Source: an uncultured virus (IMG/VR IMGVR_UViG_3300007960_000019) (Duplodnaviria; Heunggongvirae; Uroviricota; Caudoviricetes). Taken from it: a stretch of 64,000 nt of DNA. Each line of letters opens with the position of its first letter. Within the stretch, counting starts at the first letter, position 1. Shown here one piece after another: positions 9,940-19,527 of the stretch. The translations under genes and the position numbers were made by a program. Location of the stretch: IMG/VR virus record IMGVR_UViG_3300007960_000019. One strand, written 5' to 3'. Below the pieces are notes generated by a model that was not told the DNA's origin, ran no database searches, and saw nothing but the letters and a program-made list of their open reading frames with translations.

Positions 9940-10424
9940 TTAAACTAGGAAAATTGAAATTAACAAGTTTGTTTAAGCAAGTTACCTCAGAATCTAAGCA
10001 AGTTAAGGCTTACCATATTGCTCGTGAGCACTTTGGGTTAAGAGAGATCCGTGGTAATGGTCATGAGCCGAAGATTCTGGAGTTCTTTAATGCTGTAGGA
10101 CACTCTTGGGTAAAAGACGACGAGACTGCTTGGTGCGCAGCTTTTGTCGGAGCTTGTCTTGAAGCAGCAGGTATTGTTAGTTCCCGCCGGTTGAACGCTC
10201 GTTCCTACCTAGAGTGGGGTGACCCTGTGTCCTCACCTAAAGAAGGTGATATTGTAGTATTCTGGCGAGGCTCCCCAAAAGCTGCCACAGGACATGTCGC
10301 ATTTTTCGTCAAGCATAATGACAATGGTGATTTTATTGTTCTAGGCGGAAATCAGTCCGATATGGTAAACGAGCAGGTCTACGCTAAAGAACGTGTTCTT
10401 AGCATTCGTCGTTATCCAGAATAA
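9936..10424 (+). CDS. endolysin, TIGR02594-type NlpC/P60/CHAP-like peptidase
   Basis: DDETAWCAAFV, ARSYLEWG, GDIVVFWRG, GHVAF and LGGNQ motifs. Confidence 0.85.
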   Translation: MIKLGKLKLTSLFKQVTSESKQVKAYHIAREHFGLREIRGNGHEPKILEFFNAVGHSWVKDDETAWCAAFVGACLEAAGIVSSRRLNARSYLEWGDPVSSPKEGDIVVFWRGSPKAATGHVAFFVKHNDNGDFIVLGGNQSDMVNEQVYAKERVLSIRRYPE

Positions 10425-10440
10425 ATACGACGTACTAATG
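10423..10440 (+). promoter_or_regulatory. phage RNAP promoter, class A copy 1
   Basis: AAATACGACGTACTAATG, 13/18 identical to T7 TAATACGACTCACTATAG; repeated five times, always intergenic. Confidence 0.85.
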
Positions 10441-10542
10441 ATAAAGAGGACAGATGTCTGGAAGTTGTAAGCCAGTAATATCTGACTGTCCTCCCAGAGG
10501 GGTTAGTTTTCCTTAAGCTAACCCCTTATTCTTATAGATAAA

Positions 10543-10560
10543 AAATACGACGTACTAATG
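10543..10560 (+). promoter_or_regulatory. phage RNAP promoter, class A copy 2 (upstream of portal)
   Basis: AAATACGACGTACTAATG, exact copy 120 bp after copy 1. Confidence 0.85.
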
Positions 10561-10674
10561 AGGGGTATCCCAAGATAATTCTATAAGGTTAATATTAAGG
10601 ATACCTTAAAGGGTATCTTTAATACTACCCTTGTGTAGTATGTTTTATTAATAATAGATATAGAAAGGTATGTT

Positions 10675-12246
10675 ATGGCTAAACTACGTAAGCCTTCTAA
10701 AGCTGTAAAAAGGTCCGTTTCAGATCCTTCTGATTCTTATCACAGCCTGAAACCCCTGTGGAAAAAATCCCGATCAGTGCTCAACGGGGACGCACATACT
10801 AAAGCTCACGATGAATTTCTCGATGTTTATAATTACAGTAACCTGCTAATTCCTTTTTCTCCTTCTATGACTCAGCAACAGTATGAGTTCTATAAGTCAG
10901 AATCAGAACTACCGGGCCTAACAGCTCAGTACTGCAAGGTGTTGATTAGCGCACTTCTACGTAAGAAGTCATTACTTACACTTCCTGATGGTCTTCCAGA
11001 AGATGCCCTCGATTGGATCGAGAAAGATTTTACAAGTGATGGTCAGTCATTGTTTAACTTCCTCGACAGTGCTATCTGGGAAGAACTTCAAACTTCCCGT
11101 GCTTGGGTTTATGTAGATTATCCCACGTTCTCCGATGAAGAGTTAGAAGGGATGTCTACAGAGGAGCGTATGTCTATCTCCCCTTATCCTGTATTACTAA
11201 AAGCAGAGAACGTCATTAATACACAGATTAAAGTACATCCAGTGACTAAACAGCGTACTCTGACCCGTTTCGTTACGAGGTATATTGCTGAAAACTACTC
11301 TAAGGAAAACCCTTGGCATCCTGATTATGTAGATACTGTTGCTGACCACTACTTAGATGAGGCTGGGCGTTTAGTTATTGACTACTACCAGAAGAAAGAT
11401 CTCACTGGTGAAGTAGAAGTAGTTAATGGTGATGTAACCCAAGACTACAAAGACATGCAGGTAACCGAAGCTGGCTTCGAGAAGTTTAATACGGTATATC
11501 CAACCATGTTTGGTGAACGTGTATGGCGTATCCCTGCGTGGCCCCTAAATGGTCAACTAGAACCTGTAGAGCCTGTACTAATGCCTCTTATTGATAGAGA
11601 AGTGGCGCTATATAACAAGGTATCACGTCGTAACCATCTCCTTTATGGTGCTGCGACTTATACTCCAGTGGTACAGTCTGATATGTCAGATGAAGAATTT
11701 GAGGAGCTAGTTAATGCTGGTCTCGGCACTTGGCTACGTGTTCGTAAAGACGAATCAATTTCTGTTCTTGAAACGCCAACAAGTGCCCTAGCTGACATGG
11801 ATCGAGCAATCCAAACTACTGTTGAAGAGATGGCTAGAATGGGGATCCGTATGCTTTCCCCCGAACAAGCAGCCTCTGGTGTCGCTCTAGAGATTCGTAA
11901 TGCATCCCAGACAGCACAGCTAGGTGCTCTTAATGCTAAGATCTCTTCTACTATGGAAGAAGTTATTGCTTTTATGCTTAACTGGAAGTATGATTCTGAC
12001 TTTAGCGGTAATGATGTTAAGTTCCAACTAAGCTCTGACTTCTCTGCTCTTGTTGGTGGTGAAGGGGCAATGCGTCTCGTCTCAGAATGGTACCAAAGTG
12101 GTATTATTTCTCGTGAGACCTTTATTTCTATTGCGAAATATAACGACTTCTTGCCAATGAACTATGATGATGAGGCGGCGATTCAAGCTATCCAAACTGA
12201 TCCTATCATCAATCAGACTCCTGACGACAACGTTCAAGTGGAGTAA
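10675..12246 (+). CDS. portal protein
   Basis: 523 aa, first gene of the head cluster; SGVALEI and ISRETF motifs resemble siphovirus (DUF4055-like) portals. Confidence 0.8.
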   Translation: MAKLRKPSKAVKRSVSDPSDSYHSLKPLWKKSRSVLNGDAHTKAHDEFLDVYNYSNLLIPFSPSMTQQQYEFYKSESELPGLTAQYCKVLISALLRKKSLLTLPDGLPEDALDWIEKDFTSDGQSLFNFLDSAIWEELQTSRAWVYVDYPTFSDEELEGMSTEERMSISPYPVLLKAENVINTQIKVHPVTKQRTLTRFVTRYIAENYSKENPWHPDYVDTVADHYLDEAGRLVIDYYQKKDLTGEVEVVNGDVTQDYKDMQVTEAGFEKFNTVYPTMFGERVWRIPAWPLNGQLEPVEPVLMPLIDREVALYNKVSRRNHLLYGAATYTPVVQSDMSDEEFEELVNAGLGTWLRVRKDESISVLETPTSALADMDRAIQTTVEEMARMGIRMLSPEQAASGVALEIRNASQTAQLGALNAKISSTMEEVIAFMLNWKYDSDFSGNDVKFQLSSDFSALVGGEGAMRLVSEWYQSGIISRETFISIAKYNDFLPMNYDDEAAIQAIQTDPIINQTPDDNVQVE

Positions 12247-12308
12247 TATTATGCCCTGAGTACGGCAAAAAAACTGCTCACCACACTAACTACTCATGGG
12301 AGTACTAG

Positions 12309-15300
12309 ATGGCTAACGTTAACGATAAAATCTTTGACCGTATTGTAGAGCATATGTCAGATGTAAGACTCTATGAAGAAGGCCAACAAATCCTACAGCG
12401 ACGTATTATTAGACGACACCGTGAGAATTTGACAAAACTTCTGAAGAAGGATATAAGGTCTGATGTTACACGGGAAGTAAATCGATTCGCTAAAGAATTA
12501 AATAGCTCCACTACTAATAGTATTAAGGAGTTCTCAACTTCCCAGATTGATTTCCATACGGACAATCTATACCGTGAAGTTAAAGATTTCTATAAAATGA
12601 GGAAGCCTACTACAAAAGAGCTTCTATCAGAGATTACTGGTACCGGAATGAGGGGTGAGAAATCCCTTTCAGGTAATGTCAGGAATATTGCTTCTGGGGA
12701 ACTTATACGAATCCAGTCAAGGGTAAGGTCTGGTTTGGCTTATAATAAGTCACCAAAAGAGATTATTGCTGATGTCATGAAAACGACTAAGCTGACAGAA
12801 CATCAGGCGTCTACACTGACAAGAACAGCTATTACGTCTACTCAAACAGCAGCACTTAATAAGGTTGTTCAGGAGAACAAAGATGTAATCAAGGGCTATA
12901 TGTTTACGGCAATCTTGGACTCCCGTACAAGCCCTATCTGCTCACACCACAATGGTAAAATCTATGATGTAGATGACAATCGCTTTATGCCACCTCTGCA
13001 TTGGAACTGTCGTTCAAGTTTAGTACCTGTTCTAAAGAGCAAGGAAGAGCTGGCGAATACAGGAAATGATAACATTTCTGTATTTGGTGAACAGCATACA
13101 CTGAAGAACGTTGGTCTTGTAGAACGCAGAGTTGAAAAGTTTAATCCCTCTGTGGTATACCATGAATTCTATGAAGATCCTGAGACTATCGCTTGGGCTA
13201 AGAAAAACAACTTTATTCTGAGGAAGGGCGACCTTAGCTATGCTGAGAAGGATGCTCTTGTTAAGAAGTATGGCGGTGCTACGGAACAATTTCACCGTGA
13301 CCGTGAAGCTTTCATGTATAACCAGATGAAGAATGCTGACAAAAATGTTCGTACTGCTTTTATAATGGGTAACGACCATGCTTTCGATTCAGGTTCTGTT
13401 ATCTTTAAAGATAAGTCCTTCCGTAAGGTAGATTATCGTGGTAAGGTGTTTGAAGCATCTACTCGTATTCAGAAGTCTAAACTGGAGAAGATAGCAGACA
13501 CTTACTTTAATGGGCTATCTGCTAAGATTCAGACTTTCACTGAGTGGCTTCGTAAACAAGACTTCGACACTATGGTGAAGATGCTAGGTAGTGAAGAACG
13601 TGCTAAACTATTTAAAGGTGGTGCACTTGAAGCTCGTGAGTTTATAACACCAAAAGGGACTGTCCTATCTATCCAAGCCCTTCGTGCTCGGGCGAGTAAG
13701 ATAACTTCTGTGTTTCGACCCCGTCAGGTTGTTAAGGATACTAACCTCCGTGTTGAAGCCCGTAATCCAAACTCTCTGCTCAACAACCCTAAACATCAAT
13801 CTGATCTAGAACAACTCTTTATTTCAGATGCAGATGACTACAACTCAGCCTTTGCTCTTACAGATTTCAAAGGTACTAGTCTTGTAGGTAAACAAGCATC
13901 CCGTAGACGAATGAGTAATCAGTTCGATGAACGCAACTTCATTACTGATACCTTTACTGGTGAGGTTCGGAGCAATCTAACTTACGAGCCGGACTTCAAC
14001 CTGTTTCAAGAACGACTAGACTTTATGAAGTCTGCTAAAGACTTGACAAGTGAGCAGAAGGATTTTATTGAGGGTCTAGCTATTAAGCTGACTGACAAAG
14101 TGTCAGTAAATCAGCAAATTGTAGCTGTTGAGAATCTTCGTGTCACTTTCCAGCGATATAATAGCAGTAAGGAGCCTTGGTCTGATCTTGCATCCGTAAT
14201 CCGAGCGGAAAATAGGTTCTCTGTTCAGAACGTATCACGTCTGCTAGATGTTCGTGCAAGGAAACGTGCAGAGTTGTTCGGTGGGTTTGTGTCTACAGGT
14301 GATAAACCTAAGATGCAGATTATGGGTAAGTACTATAATGTAGAAGACCTAGTCAACGATCAGCTATCAAACCAGCGTTTTATCGACAACTGGCGAGCTA
14401 CAGAAGGTACTAAGCTAGCTAAGAAGGTTTACTACAGAGGTCGTGCCCCCATCAATGCGTATACTCAGGCTATCATTCGTAGGTATCCGGATAAGGAAAA
14501 GCTCATTGATAAGATGCTAGATAACGTCATACCGTTCCGTAAACAGTATAAGGCATACCTTAAGTGGAAAAATAAACCGCCTTCTGATGACTGGATTACT
14601 AGGCAAATTGCCAAGTTCCGTGAAGGTGTTCGTCAGATCTATGACTTAGAGTGGCTCTATGCTAAACAGCGTCCGACTTCTAAGCTTATGGACGACAAGG
14701 TTCTTCATACCACTACAAAGGCTCTTAAGCTTGTAGCCTCTGGTCGTGCTACAGATTATGACTCCCTAGCTATCAATATTGGTAAGATGTATCATCAGGA
14801 TCTGGGGGATTTAAATCCACTTGCTACGTATACCTTAAAGGATTACCACAAAGAAGGATCTAAGATTCTGGAGTTTATGCGTGAGCAAAACCTAATCAGG
14901 GTTAGTTTCCGTGGTAAGACTCGTAGAGGTGTGTGGGATGTTGATACAGGTCGAGCGTCAGGTGGTTGGGCTGATATGATTACTCGGGAAGTTCAGGTAA
15001 TTGATAAAACTCTTCTCAAGCTGCAAGAAGCAGAATTGAAGGCTACTTATGCTCGCCGTTTTGGTGTCGTATATGACAGAGATCGGCTTTATGTAAAAGC
15101 AGGTAATAAAGAGTTCTTTGACGCTAGAGGTAACAAAACAGGTATCCCTATTATCTCTGCGGATAAGTACCCTGACTATGATCCTAACCAGATCGATGCT
15201 GAAATGGCAAAGATGATGAATCATGTTACTAGCGTGAACTACCGCGTTGATGACGAGTTCTTCGATTTTATGGATGACGTTGTACGATTCCGTGACCCCC

Positions 15301-17084
15301 GTGGTAACACGAAGTACTATGATGAGCTTAATGAGTTCCGTCATGAAATTATCAATCGCGGTGAAGCTGGTTACGGTTTAATGGCTACTGCTAAGTATCA
15401 TCGCCAAAGAGGTAAATCCTTCAAGACTGATGTGTTTATTGACTCCCGTGGTCGTGTGTACCATCGTGGTTATCTTACACCTACAGGTGGCGAAATGGTT
15501 CGTCCATTCCTGAACTCTGATAAAGCTGTAGCTATACAGATGGCTGATGTTAATGAACTCCGTATCCAGCTTGGGGCGATGATTGGTCCCGGTACTGAGG
15601 CACTAACTCAAAGTGGTCGTCTTGATATCTTTAAGCGCAACGAGTCTAAGATTCTTGAGCTTGCTGGTTTGCTACAAGCTAAGACACAACGTGATCGCCG
15701 TATCCGTGAATTTCTTGAGCACCCTTTGATTAAGGGTCTTGAAGGTAAAGAAGTTCCAAAGATGGCTCGTTTTGCTTTAGAGTATAAGCGTATTCATGAC
15801 CATGTAGGTGGTAACTTCTCTAATACTGCACTATTGAAAACTTATAAAACCCGTTTGATGATCGAGAATGACGCCTCTTCTAGTGGTGCTCAAATTATCG
15901 GTCTATCCACGGGCGATAGGGCCATTGCAGAGGCTTCAAACGTCGTTGCTACAACCCGTAAGAATCGTCTTTATGACCTTGTTGCTCAGGACACAGTTAA
16001 TGACCCAGAGTTCCTAAAGATTCCTGCTCTACGTAATGCAGGCTTGACTTGGGAAGACTTAGCTAAAGGTGCGAAAGCGCAGAACATGGTGACATTCTAC
16101 GGTGCTGGGGAAGCCACAAAGACCGCAAAAATCGCTAATAAAATCTCAGGTATTCTTGAGAAGAAGGGCTATGCTACAATTACTAAAGATAACGTCAATG
16201 AAATACTTCGTATCGTTGACGGTAAAATCAAGACAGCCGATAAACTCGGTGCTAACGCTACAGTCGATTCACTAAAGAGCTTCCGAAGTGAACTGATTGA
16301 AATGGTAAATGGAAATACCCCGGTTGGACGTAACTTACTAACTATGGCGAGAGACCTTCACCCGGATGTAGAAGACTTCGTTCTGAAGGTTTCAAACTCT
16401 CGTGTTGGGCTTGTAGGGCCGAAAGACTTCGAAGAAATTTCAAGGATTATGTCTAAGCACCTCTCTCAACGTGCTCCTGTTACTGACGAATTCATTAACT
16501 TCTGGAAATCAGCAGCTAAAGTATACGTTAAGGAGACCGAGAAGGTGGATATCCCTTGGGTGACGTTTGATGGTAAAGTCATGATGCAAAGATATCGTGG
16601 CAAGAGTCAAACTCGCATTGACTTTACAGACCCAGTTACTGGGCGTAAAATTGCAAACATCTATGAAGGTACTGTTGAGGATGGTTTACTGCGCGGTAAA
16701 CACGCTTTCCAAGATGCTTCTATCGGCCTAGGTGTTAACGGAAACCACAGCAATGACGCTGTGATCGTGCGCAGGTTCCATCTTTGGGGGAGAGATAACG
16801 GAGTGGATACTGGAACCATCCATGACGCTTTTTTCACCAATCTAGCTGACGCACAAAAAGCTAAAGACGCCTTGAGAACCATCTATGCAGATGCTCTTGA
16901 AGGTGACACAATCAGGAAGACTCTCTACGCATGGCGTAAAGAAGGCCTAACTAAATCAGCGTATGACGCTCTCATTGCTGATGCAAAGAAACGTGGTCTT
17001 ATTGACCCACCAAACAAACTAACCCGTGCTGATATCCTTGCCCCTATTAAGGAAGGATACGATTGGTATGGGATTGGTCCTTGA
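12309..17084 (+). CDS. MuF (SPP1 gp7-like) minor head protein fused to a T7-family single-subunit RNA polymerase (putative virion RNAP)
   Basis: N-terminal AILDSRTSPIC...PPLHWNCRS (MuF). C-terminal IDSRGRVY (~aa1045), ENDASSSGAQ (motif A, ~aa1188), KAQNMVTFYG (motif B, ~aa1256), TIHDAF (motif C, ~aa1506). Confidence 0.88.
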   Translation: MANVNDKIFDRIVEHMSDVRLYEEGQQILQRRIIRRHRENLTKLLKKDIRSDVTREVNRFAKELNSSTTNSIKEFSTSQIDFHTDNLYREVKDFYKMRKPTTKELLSEITGTGMRGEKSLSGNVRNIASGELIRIQSRVRSGLAYNKSPKEIIADVMKTTKLTEHQASTLTRTAITSTQTAALNKVVQENKDVIKGYMFTAILDSRTSPICSHHNGKIYDVDDNRFMPPLHWNCRSSLVPVLKSKEELANTGNDNISVFGEQHTLKNVGLVERRVEKFNPSVVYHEFYEDPETIAWAKKNNFILRKGDLSYAEKDALVKKYGGATEQFHRDREAFMYNQMKNADKNVRTAFIMGNDHAFDSGSVIFKDKSFRKVDYRGKVFEASTRIQKSKLEKIADTYFNGLSAKIQTFTEWLRKQDFDTMVKMLGSEERAKLFKGGALEAREFITPKGTVLSIQALRARASKITSVFRPRQVVKDTNLRVEARNPNSLLNNPKHQSDLEQLFISDADDYNSAFALTDFKGTSLVGKQASRRRMSNQFDERNFITDTFTGEVRSNLTYEPDFNLFQERLDFMKSAKDLTSEQKDFIEGLAIKLTDKVSVNQQIVAVENLRVTFQRYNSSKEPWSDLASVIRAENRFSVQNVSRLLDVRARKRAELFGGFVSTGDKPKMQIMGKYYNVEDLVNDQLSNQRFIDNWRATEGTKLAKKVYYRGRAPINAYTQAIIRRYPDKEKLIDKMLDNVIPFRKQYKAYLKWKNKPPSDDWITRQIAKFREGVRQIYDLEWLYAKQRPTSKLMDDKVLHTTTKALKLVASGRATDYDSLAINIGKMYHQDLGDLNPLATYTLKDYHKEGSKILEFMREQNLIRVSFRGKTRRGVWDVDTGRASGGWADMITREVQVIDKTLLKLQEAELKATYARRFGVVYDRDRLYVKAGNKEFFDARGNKTGIPIISADKYPDYDPNQIDAEMAKMMNHVTSVNYRVDDEFFDFMDDVVRFRDPRGNTKYYDELNEFRHEIINRGEAGYGLMATAKYHRQRGKSFKTDVFIDSRGRVYHRGYLTPTGGEMVRPFLNSDKAVAIQMADVNELRIQLGAMIGPGTEALTQSGRLDIFKRNESKILELAGLLQAKTQRDRRIREFLEHPLIKGLEGKEVPKMARFALEYKRIHDHVGGNFSNTALLKTYKTRLMIENDASSSGAQIIGLSTGDRAIAEASNVVATTRKNRLYDLVAQDTVNDPEFLKIPALRNAGLTWEDLAKGAKAQNMVTFYGAGEATKTAKIANKISGILEKKGYATITKDNVNEILRIVDGKIKTADKLGANATVDSLKSFRSELIEMVNGNTPVGRNLLTMARDLHPDVEDFVLKVSNSRVGLVGPKDFEEISRIMSKHLSQRAPVTDEFINFWKSAAKVYVKETEKVDIPWVTFDGKVMMQRYRGKSQTRIDFTDPVTGRKIANIYEGTVEDGLLRGKHAFQDASIGLGVNGNHSNDAVIVRRFHLWGRDNGVDTGTIHDAFFTNLADAQKAKDALRTIYADALEGDTIRKTLYAWRKEGLTKSAYDALIADAKKRGLIDPPNKLTRADILAPIKEGYDWYGIGP

Positions 17085-17179
17085 ACTATTTGTAATAGCC
17101 TATGGACTACCAAACTTAACCGAGTCTGTGACTCTTATATATATATAACTTCAGTCTGTGACTGGAAAGGAAAAAATCA

Positions 17180-17857
17180 ATGAGTGAGAATCTAGAAAAT
17201 CAAGTCGAAGAAACCACTGAAGCCACTGAAGCTGAAGCACCCGAAGCTGAACAAACAGAAGAAACAGCTAAGGCAAAGCCAGCAGATGACATTGAAGCTA
17301 TCGTTGAAGAACGTCTAGCTAAGATGAAGGCTAACATGGACCGCATGGTAAAAGAGCGTGATGAGGCTCTAAAGGCTAAAGCAGAGATCGAAAAGGCTAA
17401 GAAAGACGCTGAGATTGCCCGTATGAAAGAAGAAGGCAAGCTGCAAGAAGCCCTTGAGATGGAACTAGCAGAAGCTAAGGCTAAACTCGAACTATACCAG
17501 AAGGACATCACTTCTCTGCGCCGCGATGGTGCTGTGAATGATGCTCTTGCAGGACTTGAATTCCGCAATGAGAAATCCCGTGAGATGGCTCGTCGTGAGA
17601 TCACTGATGACCTAATTCAAGATGAGCAAGGTATGTGGGTACACAAATCAGGCGCATCAATTAAAGACTTCATTGTTTCTTACTCAAAGAATGAAGACAA
17701 TTCATTCGTGTTCAAAGTTAAATCTAACTCTGGTGCAGGTACTGGCACCCCTGCAGGTGCACCCACAACCGATGTAAAGAAATCCATCGGTGAAATGTCA
17801 ACTCAGGAAATTCTAGCACTTGCCGCTAAGGGTAAGCTAGGTAATTTTGGTTACTAA
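17180..17857 (+). CDS. capsid scaffolding protein
   Basis: Acidic N-terminus, E/K/A-rich coiled coil, SGAG linker; directly upstream of the major capsid gene. Confidence 0.8.
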   Translation: MSENLENQVEETTEATEAEAPEAEQTEETAKAKPADDIEAIVEERLAKMKANMDRMVKERDEALKAKAEIEKAKKDAEIARMKEEGKLQEALEMELAEAKAKLELYQKDITSLRRDGAVNDALAGLEFRNEKSREMARREITDDLIQDEQGMWVHKSGASIKDFIVSYSKNEDNSFVFKVKSNSGAGTGTPAGAPTTDVKKSIGEMSTQEILALAAKGKLGNFGY

Positions 17858-17884
17858 TATAATCCTACATAAAGGAATTAACAA

Positions 17885-19003
17885 ATGGCTATTACAAATA
17901 CTGACTTTCAGAATATCTCTCTAGCTATCTCTGCCTATGCAGATGAGGCTTACACCAATGCAAAGAAGCTAAATGGTACAGGTATCGTTGCTGCTGACCA
18001 GAAAATTGATGTTTCTGGCGAAAACTTCTACGGCCAGTTCCGCTGGTACAAGCCACTATCAGCAACCGTTAACGTTGCCTCACTATCAAGTGCCACTGAC
18101 GGCACCTACACCTCAATCACCACCGACTACGCGAACTTCATCAAGACCGTTCGTACCTTCGGTGCCGAGCAGGTAAACATGCAGGAAGTCGTATCAAAGC
18201 AGGACGGTCTCGCAAAGATCGCTCGTGACTTTGCTGAAGTCCGTGCACAGGACGAGCATGATGCGCTTCTCTCCGTTCTAAAAGGTGTTTCACACTACGA
18301 AGTCGCTCTAGGCGATGCCGGTGGTGTTGGTAATGGTGGTGTTATTGACTTCGATACTGATACAGACGCTTCTGCGACTGGTTTCTTCGTTGATGTGAAC
18401 GCGCTTGGTCTACACGGTGCAGCTGCTACCGGTTCTGGCGACGAGCGTAAGCTTTTCGACTCAAGCGCAATCGGTGCTGCTCGTGGTGAGCGCCTATTCC
18501 GTTCAATCGGTGCTGCCTTCAAGGACTACGAGCCTGACTACATGTACCTCGTAACCTCACCTGAAGTTATGGCAGAAATGCGGGCTGCTAACCTTGTTGA
18601 CCAGTCAAAGGTCACCGATGGCAACCTAGAATTCTCAACCATTTTCGATGGTAAGTTCCGTCTAGTGATGACCCGTGCAAACCAGATGATTGCTGGTGCC
18701 GCTTCTGGCGACCTAAACGCTCGCTCTACAAAGTGTACCTTCGTTATCAAGCCCGGTTCAGTCGCAAACGCGATGATCGGCCTTCCAACCCCCGTTGAAG
18801 TAGATCGTAGTGCTGCTTCTTACACTGGTGGTGGTTCAACCAACGTATGGTATCGCTGGGGCTACGCAATGCACCCAATGGGCTATGACTGGGCTGGTTC
18901 ACAGACAGCCTTCGCAACCAACACCACTCTAGGTACTGGTGCTTCATGGGCTCGTAAGATGGACAGCCTTAACTTTGGTATCCTACCAATCTTCCACGCC
19001 TAA
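17885..19003 (+). CDS. major capsid protein
   Basis: 372 aa after the scaffold, strong SD, biased codon use; PVEVDR...GGG...W...HP.GY.W C-terminal pattern. Confidence 0.85.
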   Translation: MAITNTDFQNISLAISAYADEAYTNAKKLNGTGIVAADQKIDVSGENFYGQFRWYKPLSATVNVASLSSATDGTYTSITTDYANFIKTVRTFGAEQVNMQEVVSKQDGLAKIARDFAEVRAQDEHDALLSVLKGVSHYEVALGDAGGVGNGGVIDFDTDTDASATGFFVDVNALGLHGAAATGSGDERKLFDSSAIGAARGERLFRSIGAAFKDYEPDYMYLVTSPEVMAEMRAANLVDQSKVTDGNLEFSTIFDGKFRLVMTRANQMIAGAASGDLNARSTKCTFVIKPGSVANAMIGLPTPVEVDRSAASYTGGGSTNVWYRWGYAMHPMGYDWAGSQTAFATNTTLGTGASWARKMDSLNFGILPIFHA

Positions 19004-19020
19004 CTTAATAGGAGGAACTA

Positions 19021-19527
19021 ATGGCACTAGTTCTTAATACGAACAGCTATGTGACTGTCGCAGAAGCTGATACTTACTTTGAGACTCGTATTGACAGTGC
19101 TAATTGGACTGACGCTACTGATGAAATCAAAGAACAGGCGCTTGTCACAGCTACACAACTAGTTGATGATAACGCTTGGATTGGTTCTGCTGTTAGTTCC
19201 TCCCAAGCTCTTGCATGGCCTCGCACTTCCGCAATCTACTACGATGACCGACTCGGTCAACAGATTACTATTGCGGAAGACGAGGTTCCATCTCGTGTTA
19301 CAGTGGCTGTATATGAGCAGGCTCTTCACTTGATTAACAATGAAGACCTTCTCTCAGGAACAACTCAAACTTTTGAGAGCATCTCTGTAGGTTCAATCAG
19401 CCTATCAGACTCAAATGGTGACGTTACAAAGACCTCTATTAGACCTTCAGTTGTCATGAAACCTATCCGCCCTTTAATCCGGCGCGGGTCTGGTGGAATG
19501 GGTACAGGGTGGTGGAGGGCTAACTAA
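19021..19527 (+). CDS. head-tail adaptor
   Basis: NSYVTVAEADTYF...QALAWPR motif; position after MCP. Confidence 0.8.
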   Translation: MALVLNTNSYVTVAEADTYFETRIDSANWTDATDEIKEQALVTATQLVDDNAWIGSAVSSSQALAWPRTSAIYYDDRLGQQITIAEDEVPSRVTVAVYEQALHLINNEDLLSGTTQTFESISVGSISLSDSNGDVTKTSIRPSVVMKPIRPLIRRGSGGMGTGWWRAN

